This document shows positions 49,809 to 63,025 of a stretch of DNA of 64,000 nt, piece by piece. Made by a program: the position numbers and the translations under genes. The DNA is from Ramazzottius varieornatus (lineage: Eukaryota; Animalia; Tardigrada): the NCBI GenBank assembly GCA_001949185.1, contig BDGG01000003.1, forward strand, positions 3,021,158 to 3,085,157, read 5' to 3'. Each line of letters begins with the position of its first letter. The stretch's first letter is position 1. The notes under the pieces were generated by a model. That model worked only from the letters and a program-made list of their open reading frames with translations. It ran no database searches and was not told the DNA's origin.

Positions 49809-51092
49809 TTAATTCCAGTGAAACAATCGGAGGACTTTGGTTCGGAGAGTTGGGAAAAAAATGATGTAAAGAACAGGGTCCAGGACGAAAAGAAGAGAAC
49901 CGGTCAAATAAGACAGCAGCAGGCCGTTTTCTGCATATCGGTTAAAGACCCTCTGTGACAACATAAGACTGAATACGGTTTCCGGCAATGCGGTCATAAT
50001 CTGTACAAGCGTAACAAGGAATACGAGCTGTGCATTTCTGGAGAGAGCAGGTCGTCGGCGAACCCGGCGAACGGAAAGAGCTCTTTGTGCACTTGTCGGC
50101 GGGTCTTGTTTTGCAGACGCTGCGGTAAGACGCAAGGATGGAGCCTTGCTTCCCCGTGATCGGCTGGAGGTCGGATTGACTATCCGAGAATGGCTATGGG
50201 TTTCGACCTCCCCGTCGGACCTATTTGCGAAGTCGTTTCCTCGGTGAGTGCCTAAAAAACACGGAAATGGAGAATATAAGTCAATGCCGGGTTGACGACT
50301 GACGAACCGACAGTGGAAGCAGAAAATTAATCGAAATGCGTCTTATACAGTAGGTCCCAGTATTGTTTGTCAATATCATCCGACAATCGGCTTACTTGTT
50401 TCCAAATGTACGCGGTTTCGATCTCGTCGACGCCTCCAGGTGAAAAACATAAGAAGAGGAGTCGACAGATAAATACATAACTGCGGGAGTACTGTGAAAA
50501 GCAACGTGAAGATTACAGTATAAGCTGTTCTTTTTGTTCGAAAGCAGATTGCGTTGACATTGCGCTCGCTTCGAAGGTCCTGAACGAGCAGGGGAAGATA
50601 CCATATATGGTAAAATAGACATACACCCAGAAAAGCTAAGATTCCGATTCTAACTGTCTTCTTCTCGCGATACCATATTGGTACGATGAAGGCCAGCCAT
50701 CGATCCACACTGACAACGAGATGCTGCCAGACTATGAGGTTCGAGATTGTCCAGGAAGCGTACTTGTAGAACCCACAGGTCGCGGGCGAGTGGAGCCAAG
50801 ACTCGTCGAAGTTCCGGTACAGAATGAGCGGACTCAGGAGCAAACAGTAAGCGAGGTCCAAGACGGTCAAATTCACAATGTGGATCGAGAAAGAGTTTAT
50901 CAGTTGGTTAGCATGGACGAGAAAAGTCAGTAAAACCGCAGCATTCAGCAGAGCACCGGCGCAGAAAACAGGAACAACGCACCAGCTTGCGACCAGAATA
51001 ACGAAAGACCGTGCTTCCGAGCTGGCGTTAAAGATAATAGTTGAATTCATAAACGCACTGGAATTCCAGAAGATTGTCACATTCAAATCCAT
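49809..51092 (-). CDS. Orphan class A GPCR, paralog 1 (exons 51092-50396, 50251-49809)
   Basis: N-glycosylation sequons in the N-terminus, TM1 Asn, TM2 NLTVLD, ECL1-TM3 Cys, DRW, TM7 DPVLY; seven hydrophobic segments across two exons. Confidence 0.88.
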
Positions 51093-51820
51093 CTTCGAAC
51101 CTCAACGACGAAAATTCTGATCATTGGGAACGGTCAGCCGACTAGACAGGAACGGCGGGGGTAAAAATCGAATTTCAGGACGAGATATGCCACCGAGAAG
51201 AAGTAAGGCCAAGGTCGACGCACGTGGAACACACCCTGAAGCTCCTTCAAGGTCCTTCGGAATGAGACGGTTTGAACCAAAGCTGTCTTTCTTGAACAAA
51301 ACGGGAATTGCTCGGGCAAGAACCACCAACGTCAAGTACCAACGATATGGATTAATTATTGAGGAATTCAAAAAGGGCATTAACGGAAGTGTATAATTAT
51401 TGAATGGGTTGTGGATGTGGGGTCAAGTGGGCCTCTCTTTGTTGTTAGAAATTTAACGGTACAGATCGATCAAAAACTATTCCTGATTGCGACCGATATC
51501 AAATAAATTTTTGTTATCCGATGTCCTACGATACTCGGTTCAGTTGTTTTGCTCTAGCTGGTACCAGGCACGCGTATATGCAAAAAGAGCCCCAAACATG
51601 AGAAAGCCGCAGATCACTGTAAGTACGCATTCGATTATTGTACATTTGAGCCAACTCGAGGGTGGATAATCATTGCATTACGTACGGATCATTAGGAATC
51701 GTTTTCTTCCGGCACCTAAGACACTTTCCTGAATAGTCAGCCGGTGGCAGTTACCGTAGTAGTCTACAGGAAGAATTACAGTATAAGCCAAAAATACAGC
51801 CAAACTGGTCACTACAAAGT

Positions 51821-53746
51821 TCATTTTCTACGGACCAACTGCAAGATTTTCGCTCGAAAATTCGGCAGAAAAAGTATGTAGATGAAAGGATCGATCACGC
51901 AAAGGAAAGAGCCAAGCAAGTAGGACAGCATTAGCCCGGTTTCCGCGTACGGAGCGCGGGGCAACACAAGACTGAATATCGTTCCCGGTAATGCAATCAG
52001 AATCTGGGCAAGTGTGATACAGAAGACCAGCTGCGCGTTCGCGGAAAAAATATACTGTTGCCGACGACGGACAGGTGCGGGTCTCTTGGGCCTGACAGTT
52101 GGCGTTTGCTTGTAAAGGTCCTCTCTAACCACGACAGAAGGTCCAGGCTCTTCATCATCGGCGAATGGAGAGCAAGCCGGTTTTGGTATCGAACCTGCCA
52201 AAGACGGCTCCCCCGCACGAGAACGGTGGTTCACATGGGTTTCCCAGTTGGGAAGAGCTGTGAGATGTTCTCCTCGGCGAAAAGCTATACGTACAATCCA
52301 ACAAGAAATGCATTAGAAAGACTTGTACAGTATCTGGAAGCTAGCCCGCCCCAGCCAGTTTGCGGTTCCCGCTGACTCCAGAAAAAGTTCGCCGACAATT
52401 CAAAAGTTCCCTGATTTTTTCAGCGTGAAATGAACGTAAAATTAAAGCACGCTCAGTTTACGCTACGATAACGTCATAGAGACGGCGTAAACTCAAGACA
52501 AAAACGTCGTCTGTGAACCCAACGGGAAATTATGGCGACCCGTAAATCTTTTGGGACGGGAGGCAAACAGAACTTACTGTATTACCTCCAAGGTTCTGCG
52601 CAGTAACGTGACATGCAAATGAACTACACCCTATGTACTTTTTACTGTGCAACGAGCTGATTGATTGTGGCCCAACGCGTTACCACTTGTTATGCCATAA
52701 CCTCTGTACATGTTAGCTGATCAGGAAGAGATTTTTGATACTCCTGATGATTTAGAAGCGTCTTTCGAGTGCAGTTTCAGTTCGGTGGAAGATTGATTCA
52801 CGGAAGAATAAAGTGTTACTGTGCTTCAATGGATCTCTGAGTGTCTTCGATTGAAGACACGGACACTTTTCTGTCCCCGCCAGGTAGTCTTTACGGGCAT
52901 GTCACGTGACTGCGCAGAACCTTGGAGGTAATACAGTACGTACAAGATCGTTGTTTCAAGTGACGCACGCTCTTATAGTTACTGAACAGGAGGATGCGCC
53001 ACCCATGCGGGTTTAGCATGCGGTTTCTGCCATGGGCCCATCGTACCTGTTTGGTAGTGCACTCGATTACGATTCGATCGATGTCTCCAGATGAGACAAA
53101 TTAGAAGTGGGTTCGAAACATAGACGCAGAGTTGTGGAAGGACGGTAATCAAGAAAGAAAGGACAGTCGAATAATGCGTCCTCTTGGTATGACCACAGTC
53201 CGCTCCGACTGCGCGAACGATCTGGAGGTCGCCGATGAAAACAGGCAAGTACCCCGCATGGTACAAAACGATAACGGTGAGGGTAGCGCCTAGCCCCATC
53301 TTCACGGTTTTCCGCTCGCGGTACCATATGGGTACAGTAAAGGCCAGCCAGCGATCTACGCAAATGATCAAGTGCTGCCAAATCAACAGATTCAGAATAG
53401 ACCAAGTTGCATACTTGTAAAAACTGCAGTTGGGAAGGAAGAAAATCCATGACTTGTCGAAGTTCCGAGACAGAATCACCGGACCGAGGATAATGCAATG
53501 TGCGAGGTCCAGAACATTTAGATTGACCACATGAATTGTAAAAGCATTGATAAGTTGGTTTTTGTAAAGTAGAAAAATCAGAAACGCGGCGGCGTTCAAC
53601 AGGAAACCGATAGAGTAAACCGGAATGGCGCACCAGCTCGCGACAAGGATTAATGTCGATTGCTTCTCCACGGAGCTGACATCCAGCAAAAAACTTCCGT
53701 TCCCGGATGCATTAGGATGCCCCCTACCGGTAAAGTTCAAACTCAT
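51821..53746 (-). CDS. Orphan class A GPCR, paralog 2 (exons 53746-53047, 52284-51821)
   Basis: Clear paralog of the neighbouring gene (ILVASWC, FYKYA.W, VDRWLAF.VPIWYRE.KTV, YAE.GL.LSYL.GS, DPFIY) with the same ICL3 intron position. Confidence 0.88.
52577..52936. mobile_element. MITE (360 bp) in the GPCR paralog 2 intron
   Basis: TIR CTGTATTACCTCCAAGGTTCTGCGCAGT(A/C)ACGTGACATGC flanked by TA. Confidence 0.85.
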
Positions 53747-54002
53747 TTTGGGTGCCAGAATGTGCAAGACTTTGGCGGGCAGCGACCTGATGAGGAACAC
53801 GAAACGCTGCAGTCAGATTTCAAAGATGGAGGAGAGTCGCATAGGCCAAGAAATAACGGATGGAAAGGATCGAAAGAGTTGCTGGAGACCAATGCGCCTT
53901 TTTCAATCAGAATAACCCGGCTTTAAGTCCTAATCACAATACAGTACCGCAGCCTTCTCTAATCTGAATAAATTCATAAGGACTATACATTTGGTGCTGT
54001 TA

Positions 54003-54879
54003 CACTCAGTCCCATATTTATCTGTCCACTCCCATCTTGGTTTCGAAACTTCATAACGTATTTCGTATCAACCTGATTTCGATATTTTAAACGTCTTTAT
54101 AGAGATCAGTGTTTGACCTTTACGACCACGTGACTTCCATATGAATCAATCAGGAAATCAACTGGCAGTATCATCCCTACGAACACCTGAAACTGCCTTG
54201 TTTTCGGCTCCGAGTTGCGGGTGCTGGCCAGCAGATAGCACATTCATGCTTGTTGCTATTATGTAGCCCCAACATTAAGCTTTCAAGTAAGCCCATGTGA
54301 GAAATTTTTGCAGATATGCAGAAAAAGCTCTGTCGTCGTGTCAACCAGGAAGTATTCTCGGTTATTTTCGGTGGTGCATATTCACGATGCCTTGTCTTCG
54401 ACATCGTTGCTGCCAAGTTACGTTCAAATGGTGACACCTTTCATAAAGATAATCAGACTTTGTAGTTTGAGTCATTCGGTCAGTCGAAACAGAAGAAATC
54501 GAAAGATAACCATGAAGCAGCGCGTTTCATGTGGCAAAAGGCGCATGTGGGCATTTCAACGAAACTATTTCCGCAGAGTTTCAAAAAATTTTCCCATTGG
54601 CTTACCTGAAAGTTTAATGTTGGGGCTACATAACAGTAACAAGCACGATGTGCTATCTGCTGGCTAGCATTCGCTGCTCGGAGCCGAAAACAAGGCAGTT
54701 TTAGGTGTTCGTAGGGATGATACTGCCAGCTGATTTGCTGATTGATTCATACGAAAGTCACGTGGTCGAGAAGATAAAAGACTGATCTCTATAAAGACGT
54801 TCAAAATATCAAAATCGGGTTGATACGAAATCAGTTTTGAACGAAGTTGGGGGTGGACAGATAAATATGGGGCTCAGTG
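54003..54879. mobile_element. Foldback-type MITE, copy 2
   Basis: Same family as 27208-28055, TA TSD; has an extra central segment at about 54450-54498. Confidence 0.92.
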
Positions 54880-56974
54880 TACTTCGCATTTTGCATATTA
54901 CAGTAGTTGCCGCTCTTTCCAGTGGGGGAGGTCGCGGGGTCAATCTTCAGGAATCAGGTGATTACTTATCAAAAGTATGGTCACGAGTGCAAGAGACAGC
55001 CGGCGGTGATTTGATGTATTGCAGAAACCGCTAGCCGACAACGAGAAAGAACTCGCAGATAGGGTGCACTTAAATCTTACTGCGTACAGCGACCCATGAC
55101 GGAAGCCTCGGAGGCTCGGACGCCCCAACCCTCGACGACCGCCAACCTCCAACGTTATTCTTCCCTGCAGACAAAATTTGAGCGTGTTCACTTAGTTGAT
55201 GCCCGTAGCATGAGATGTCAGATGTCGCGTTCAAGATTCTTTTTCCCCCAACCACAATGATAAAAAATCTTGCAAACATGCGAAGCTGACAACGATAATA
55301 CGAGCACGGACCATGCAACGACCACTATTGTTCTACTGACACATTTGTACATAAAAAGCATGCATTCATTCAAGTAGTACATCTTCAAGACTCGTACATC
55401 CGACCCGCGAACAACGGTAAAAATGAGAGTCGTAGCCACAAGCAGCGTCAACACCCTTACGACATTGCATAATCGCGGAGAAAACATCCGCAGTGTGGTT
55501 GTGGGTCTCATCATCCACCTTCGAGGTATTTGGACAAGCGTAATAACACACAAAATAATGAAAATACTCATACCCCGCGAACCTCATTACTTCAAGCCGG
55601 AACGTCGGCAAATGAGCTGAACATGATTGTTATAGGAAATGGCGCACTTTACCAGTGATATTCGCTAGGGTCGCGCGCCACTTGGGAAACCGATTGTTCT
55701 CAAGTCTGCCGATGTCCTTGATCTCCCCCGCGAGCGAAGCGGATAGTAGAAAAGCCAGTAAAAGGTCTTCGTTCTGAGACATTGCCGCACGACAGTCCAG
55801 TTCGGCCCGAGAACATTCCAGATTCCCCGAAAGACGCTCCTGAAGTTGCCTCTCTCAGAGCATTCGAAACGAAGACCTACAGCAAGAAGTCCAGACCTTG
55901 AAATCTGAACTGGAATTCGATCCTTTGGTTCTTAATCGTGACCCAGGTTTCTTCCTGTGTACGCCTGTTATCTCGGGGTGGCCACCAGCACACTACAGTA
56001 GAATTTGATATTGAGTGGGCGCGGCTGTCACAATGGCCACGGCTAACTAGACATACACCGAGGCCGGCCCTGAAAGCCTGTTTTGTATGACTGGCGCAGT
56101 CTTGTTCGAGCCGCATCAGAGGCCATCTTGCTTTCTTCGGTTGGTCAGTCGTCTTTGGCTTTGCCCGCTCTGTGCCACCTAAATCGCAAGACTTGTCTTT
56201 AATCCGCCTCGGCATACTAGCTGTGATGCGATGAATGCCAGATCTGCCCGAAAGCGAGATCGTTAAATCTCACTGCATTCATTTGTGCACGATCCGTCAG
56301 TCAAGTGCGCAAGTGAAAAGTCTAATGACATTTTGCAGCGAACGTGAGCTTTGTGGAATCTATCTGTTGTCACCGATATTTGACCTGTACAGTGTCCACC
56401 TTAATTACTAAATTCGGCGTAAGCTGACAACCACGACAAGTGCATATACCTGAGTGTGTTTTTTCCACTACAACCTATCGTGTCCTTATCACCGTTGGTT
56501 GTGTTTGCTTTACTTGCTCTCGTCTCAGCTCAACTTCCACGAGAACCGTGAGACTGCCCGCCTGAATACGCAGTACATACCTGTTGCATCGTTGGACACG
56601 ATTAGTTAATCTGCATCTCTTTCATCTATTGCCGGACCTGCATTCTTTTCCCAGTTTATTATTCCAGCTCACGTCTTGCGGTGTATATTCAATAAACATC
56701 GCCGCAATTGATGTGGTTGTTGAGGAAAGGGTCCACAGGGCTTTACATCACGGATCTCTGATTCAGCGGAAATGCATCTACTGTTGCCTGCACGCGTTAA
56801 TGGTTGCCACACCTGTTGACTGTGTCGGAGTGATTTGTCATTTTGTGAAACGGACTTGTAACAGCACCCATTGTTGAAAATAGCTTGGCTGTGCGGAATA
56901 TTGTTCTGTTCAGCGGCCCAGATTTCGGTTCATACAGCCTAACCAGTATGCATCTGTTGGAAAAGCTTCGTGAA

Positions 56975-57823
56975 ATGGGAAACACATTGAAGCCCCATCA
57001 AGTGGCTATTCTGGGCTTGGACGGAGCCGGCAAAACATGCTTATTATATCGCCTGAAATTCAACTCGTATGTCAACACCATCAAAACCGTGGGTTTTAAC
57101 TGGGAAAAGGTCAAAGCCAGCAGTGGATCGGCCAAGGGCAAGACCTTTTGTTTATTCGACGTGCCGGGACAGGAAAAGTTGCGCGCCTTGTGGAAGACCT
57201 ACACGCGGAAATGTGATGGAATATTATACATCATCGACAGCGCGGACAGTGGGCGTTTTGAAGAGTCGAAAATTGAGCTGGCCAAAACAGCACGAATGAC
57301 CGGAAATGTTCCCATTGTAGTCATCTGCAATAAGCAGGTAAATATCCACCCATTTTATTTTTCCCGTTGGATGTTCTATTTGGGACGTCGGCAAATGGCT
57401 TACATATCGCTATTTTCCCAAGTGGCGCACACTTTCTGCCAATGACAATGAAAACGTACGCCACTTGACATAACGATGATACTCAATCCATTTACCAACG
57501 CCCCATTTTATTATCCTATTTTGCCTAAATATTATATAATAAATATTATAGAAATTTCATTATCCTATTTTGCGTAATTTCGCCCATTTTACCTAAAGAT
57601 TCTGGACTGATAATTTGCAATATTTATCCAGGATCTCCCAGCGGCAGCTACGCACGACGAAATTATGGAATTATTTAACCTCAAGAAAGAGCTGGGACAG
57701 AATCGAGAATGGGATGTTGTGCCGGGATGTGCGGTAACAGGCGAGGGCGTGGAAGAGATCCTCAGCCACTTGTACGACATGGTACTGCGAAGGAATATCA
57801 AGCAAAAAGCCTCTAAACGCTGA
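56975..57823 (+). CDS. ARL4: ADP-ribosylation factor-like small GTPase, ARL4 type (exons 56975-57337, 57632-57823)
   Basis: MGN myristoylation start, GLDGAGKTCLLYRLKFN, GFNWEKVK, DVPGQEKLRALWKTYTRKCDG, NKQD, CAVTGEG and a basic C-terminus. Confidence 0.88.
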
Positions 57824-59633
57824 TGGAAAAGATTACCTCCTGATGCCAACCAAACGAGCCGCGTCCTTCCTTTCCGCCCACCCGTGAAACCGAAATACTC
57901 TCTTCCTTGTTCCAGTTGGATTCTGTGATACAAAAATATTCTCTAATTTTAATCTGGTTTTTCATAATTTCATCAAATAGTTTTTGGGATGCAGGCGACC
58001 TTGGAAATTTATGCAACAAGTGAATTATATGATATTTCTATCGTCGGGGCATTAGCACAAAGACCTGTGCGAGTGTAATTGCGAAAGAAATTACAGTAAA
58101 AGAAAGGAAATCGTTTCAACTTGTTATTCTGCTTGTAGGGAAAAGTGGTTGGCGCTGGTTCTCACGGTACTTGATGCAAGATTGACGTGTAGAGGCTATG
58201 AACAGCGGGGCATAATTATCGAGGAATCCGCTTGAGACGCCGAGGTGCTCAGTGGTACCTGTACTTTCAGGTGGAGTGGCGTAGTGGTCAAGACAAGAAA
58301 GATTAGAAGGTGGAAAGCGGCGGGAGAGCCTCTTATCCGTCCTATGTGCACCCATGAGAACCAGTTTCCTCCGAAAGCTCTCGTCCCTCTGGTCTTGCTT
58401 TTCGCCACGCTTTGAGTAAATAGCTTTGGATGTGAAAGACATCCTGGCAAACCAGTCAACCTCTCAACCTTTGCTTCAGTCTCTATATTCAAAAATGTTT
58501 GCTTTTCCAGCAAACATCAGCAAAACACTGCAATATAGAGCTGCAATGCAAGTAAGTCTTTTTATTGTCAGGTTACGTACGCATTGACATTCGATGCGGC
58601 CATAAAAATGTCTGAATACAAGCCCGTATATCAGCAAACAGGCCGTAGCAGAGTATTTTATTGTCACCCGGCTTTCAGAACACCTTCGAGAGTTATTCCA
58701 CCATCTTAGCACAGTTCCGAAGCTTTATGTCGGAATTACTTTACAGCATTGACCTACAAAAAAGTTCTTTGTTTGTCACAGCTTTTGATCGGCTTGTTAA
58801 ACCTCAAACTCCAAGACTGGGCTCTCGTGTTCCACGTGTTGAAATATGGTGAAGGAAGAACACGAAAGCGATCGAGACAACCTCTGAAGAGCCACTCGAG
58901 TTACGTTGGAGTTTTCGTGGCGTTGCGCAAACATAATAGAGCCCGCTTTTGTGTGCTTGTTCGTGGCATATACGAAGCTAGCTCACGAAGATTTCTTTAC
59001 GCGGTATTGTATTCGAGAGGTAACTTAAGTAAGACAGTACGGCGCCGACGGAGTAGCAAAAACAGCGGGAAAAAAGGCCCTTTGCCTAATTTGAGCCTGT
59101 ACGTACGTGCAGGTCAAATTTCCCAGCGCATTATAGGTCTCTTTTGTCGATAATTGCTGAAGGTGAACGTCGACGGTAATGAGCGCCACGATGTTTCGAT
59201 CTGTCAAGGCTGGATGGTAACTCAATTCCCAGAGACACCATCGGTACCCATCAAGCGCCGCCACATTCACCAAGGGGGATGAGACCAGACACTTGCTTGC
59301 TTTGCACGCCTTTGCGGCTACAAGAAAGAGGAGAGATTATACGGGAAAAGATGTGCAGAAAAGATTTGTAACCTGTATGAATTACTATCCTTGATCGGAA
59401 AGGTACACCGGCCAACAAGAGCCCAAGCACCGAAATGATCGACATGGGAAAATGGAAGAGACGGTCAGATGCAAGTGCAGATTACAGAGTATACGTGTCT
59501 ACAGGTATGCGCTCTCGAGTTCCTCACTGACCCAAAAACGCTGGAAGGGAAAGACATCGCCACTGCATGCCGCAGGATTTCATCTTTCATTCTTGAAGGC
59601 CCAGAGAAGTCTGAAGATATTCCACGCAAAATG

Positions 59634-59752
59634 GAACGTGGGCAAATGAGCTGAACAAGATCGTTTTACCAAGTGGCGCACACTTTTGGCTAATATAAAG
59701 TCAACGTGCGCCAGTTGGGGCAACGATTGCTTCAGTTCATCTGCCCACGTTC
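59634..59752. repeat. Best-preserved copy of a dispersed about 120-bp hairpin repeat (core AAGTGGCGCA...TGCGCCACTT)
   Basis: Ends GAACGTGGGCAAATGAGCTGAA / TTCAGTTCATCTGCCCACGTTC are near reverse complements. Related copies near 1241, 2287, 7982, 36772, 38505, 40392, 41179, 47509, 55601 and 57418. Confidence 0.8.
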
Positions 59753-62688
59753 AGATGTTTCGGAAGTTCTTTTCATTGACGACGATTAATCAATCATCTT
59801 TAAGTCGAACTTTAGGATCCATTATAATATTCTCTGGTTTGTTGAAACGGCTCTGGGCGAATCGAAAACCCCGACGGAAGCAGATTAGACAAGTTAGCAA
59901 ATCTAATTGGTGTTTAAAGTCAAAAGTGAATTTAACCAGCTACAAGAAACGTCATTAAAAATAATTGCAACTGTCTACACACGGCATTCCTTTGACTGTT
60001 TCGACGCAACATTGTGGCCTCTTTTTGCGACAGTTCGCAGCTCGACATTCAGAGCACAAGTGACAGCATTCCTTCAAGAGACTCATAGCGAATTAATATG
60101 GCTAATCTAAGTACTGGTAAAACTTTCTAATCCGCATTGTCACAGTTCTAATTTGGTATCACCATTTCGCGCCACAGTAGACAGGACATGTCTGACAACA
60201 TGCCATGGATTTGATTGCTCGTTTGCTGGCGCTTAAACGGCCCTAATGACAGCTTTCGTCGCGCATTTGATGCCGTATTCGCTGACGTCGCTGGAGAGGT
60301 ATACAAAGTGGTACGACATGGGCTATTTTACACAAAAGAAAAATAAGGGTCTGTGTTTACTCCCATATGGCTGGACTGGGCGTTTCCCTGTGAAGTACAA
60401 TAGTCTGCACTACACGAAATGCTACATTTCCAGACTGAAGAATCTTGTCGGAATTCTCAACCTACTTTCCATCTTTAAACCAAGCCTTTAAGATTACTCA
60501 GGTCAGCACAGGTGAATTCAAAGTCACAGCCCAGCCAGACGCCACCGTGATTAAAACTTTCATGTACCTGCATACTGTAGGTTACGGGACATGCGTGGGT
60601 CGCTGTATGCAGGTGCGTAAAATCCGACCACAGATATTTTGCTGGCTTTCCATCTGATGTCCGCAAACCGATTCATTATTTCAGTCGTTATTTTCAAGTC
60701 ATTAATTACTGACACACGCTGCTCAGACCCGTTATGGTAATTGAAAGTTCCGCACTTCAACCAGATAGCTTCTCGTATATAATTTGCGAGTGACGCGCCA
60801 CAGTGAATTGCTCCACTTCTACATTATTGACACACTCAGATTTACATGTTGAAATTAATCATTAGCCGCCAATCATGCGCGAATGGTAACTTGGCCTCGC
60901 TGTTAAGTAACCGGTCTTATGAACAAAAATAAGAAAACTAGTTCGCATATCCCGAATTTGCGATTCACTCAACGCAGGAACTCGCCCAACAAACAGCCAA
61001 AACTTTTCAGTACGCTACCTGCAAACGAACACATGACTACAACCGTTTATTTTGCCTTGCAAAACTTCGATTGCATATATGGATAAGAATGTCTGCTTTT
61101 CGTCAGACGATGAATGGTACCTTTTGAGAATGCGCACATTGAAAAGCAAATTTATGGGTTCAGAGACTTGGTCCGCCTCAAAAAGAAGCCTGACGGTTTC
61201 ACTTGATTACGTCCCATTTCACAAAAAATCTGGCTTTACTCATAACACATCATTAAGACGAAGCGTAGTTCCCGAAGAGCGATCAAACCTCAGGTTGAAA
61301 CAAAGCTGATAGATGTCCGGCAGATCAGGTTTGACCGACCGCGACCGATGACTCTTAACCTTGTCCGACGTAAGAAGATCCCGTTTATCTTCTTATCAGC
61401 TTTCTATCTGCCATCTTCCGCATCCTGTTGCTGAGAGCCAATGCCAGATTTGAAGCCGGTTCAAACAACGCCATTCGCTTGGTGTCTCAGTTCAGTGATA
61501 TAAATAATGATCAAACCTGTTCTGTCTCGACCAGGCGGAAGTACGGTTAGAAGGGCAATTTTATTATTTGTCATATAACTTTCATTATCAAAGTGGTCTT
61601 CACTCAAAAGGTCTCGTCCGCAAGCCGAAAAATGATATTTTGCAAGACTTCTCCATGGTATATGCAGGCTTCGGCAAGTTCGAAATTCTGGGCAACAGTT
61701 TCCGAGTTCTCCATTACGAGAAACTGGAACGCAAAATTTCCTGACTAGGGAAAATCTTGTTCGCTTTCGAAGTGATCGGTTCTACAAATATTTAACGACA
61801 ATAAAGTCAGGTACACCGGCATATCCAATATCACTAATGTTCTGTTGATCTAAGCGCGGTACGTAGCTGATTACGAGCAGCTCGTGTTTCTCGCTAATCT
61901 ATCCCTCTCCTGATGGAATGTAAGCCGTAAATCTCTGTACGCCAATAAAGACTTCAAAGACAACATACTGCAATATCAAGCACATATTCGTGTAGGAGTA
62001 GGTGGAACCGCAATCCGCAAGAGATCTTCCCATTTGATGTTCCTAACCGCCGGAGGCACACGGACCGTGGGCAGACCTTGACCTGATCCGTAGCACATCC
62101 AGATCAAAAGAATCAATTTGTGAGAAGGTGCACGCAGTTTACTTAATTACCGCCTGAGACAAAATTATTGACCACTGGCCGAAAGCGGCAGCTGCCAGCT
62201 GAGGCTGAGCACTTAAACTAATCAATCGATGCGCGACCGCTCTCGGCCGGTGGCCGGTAATTTTGTCCCGGCCGATAACTAAAATTGCGTGTACCCACGT
62301 CACTGAAGCCCGCGTCCACCTGATAGGAAGCTGAGTTGATTCCAAACGTTGATTTGGTCGTCTGCCAGGCTCTGCGTGAATCCTTATTATTTTTTGTCCT
62401 TCGATCTCCATTCTCCATCTCCAAAAGCTCTTCCCTTCTGTCATTTGGTTGCTTCCGGAGCCACTTTGGAGCAGTCTACATAGACGAATAGTAGTTCAGA
62501 AGTCAACGTAAGCATCATTGGAGCGCGCAGCCAGAGTGGGGAGCAGAGGACCTTAGCCACTTGAACTGTTTCACTGGGGACGCTCACTAGTTCTGATCTG
62601 GTGAGTGACGAGGATGTGCGGACCATCTCTCAGTATTGCTCCGTAGTCAGCAGCCATTCCTGTAGGGTTTCCTGAAAATTTTCTGAAC

Positions 62689-63025
62689 ATGTCGGGCAAA
62701 CTAAGATCGCGCGTTATCAATCTGTACAAGCAGGTGAGCAAATTGTCACTGATCTGGAAGACTGATTCATCTATCTGACAGTGGTTCATCCTTTTAGCTG
62801 CATTATATGGGAAAAGAATACCCGAAAGGCGCAGACTTCTTCCATACACGACTAAAGAAAGCATTCTTGAAGAACAAAGATGTTGAAGATCCTAAAGCGA
62901 TCGAAAAGCTAATCGCACGCGGTGAATATGTCATCAAGGAGATCGAAGCGCTCTACATGCTGAGGAAATATCGCTCATTGAAAAAGTCCTATTATCCTGA
63001 TGAAAAACCTGCTCAAACCTCATAG
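62689..63025 (+). CDS. ETFRF1: LYR-motif protein 5 / ETF regulatory factor 1 (exons 62689-62733, 62798-63025)
   Basis: [15 protein letters not shown]|[32 protein letters not shown]...[28 protein letters not shown] is a typical LYRM5 sequence. Confidence 0.95.
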
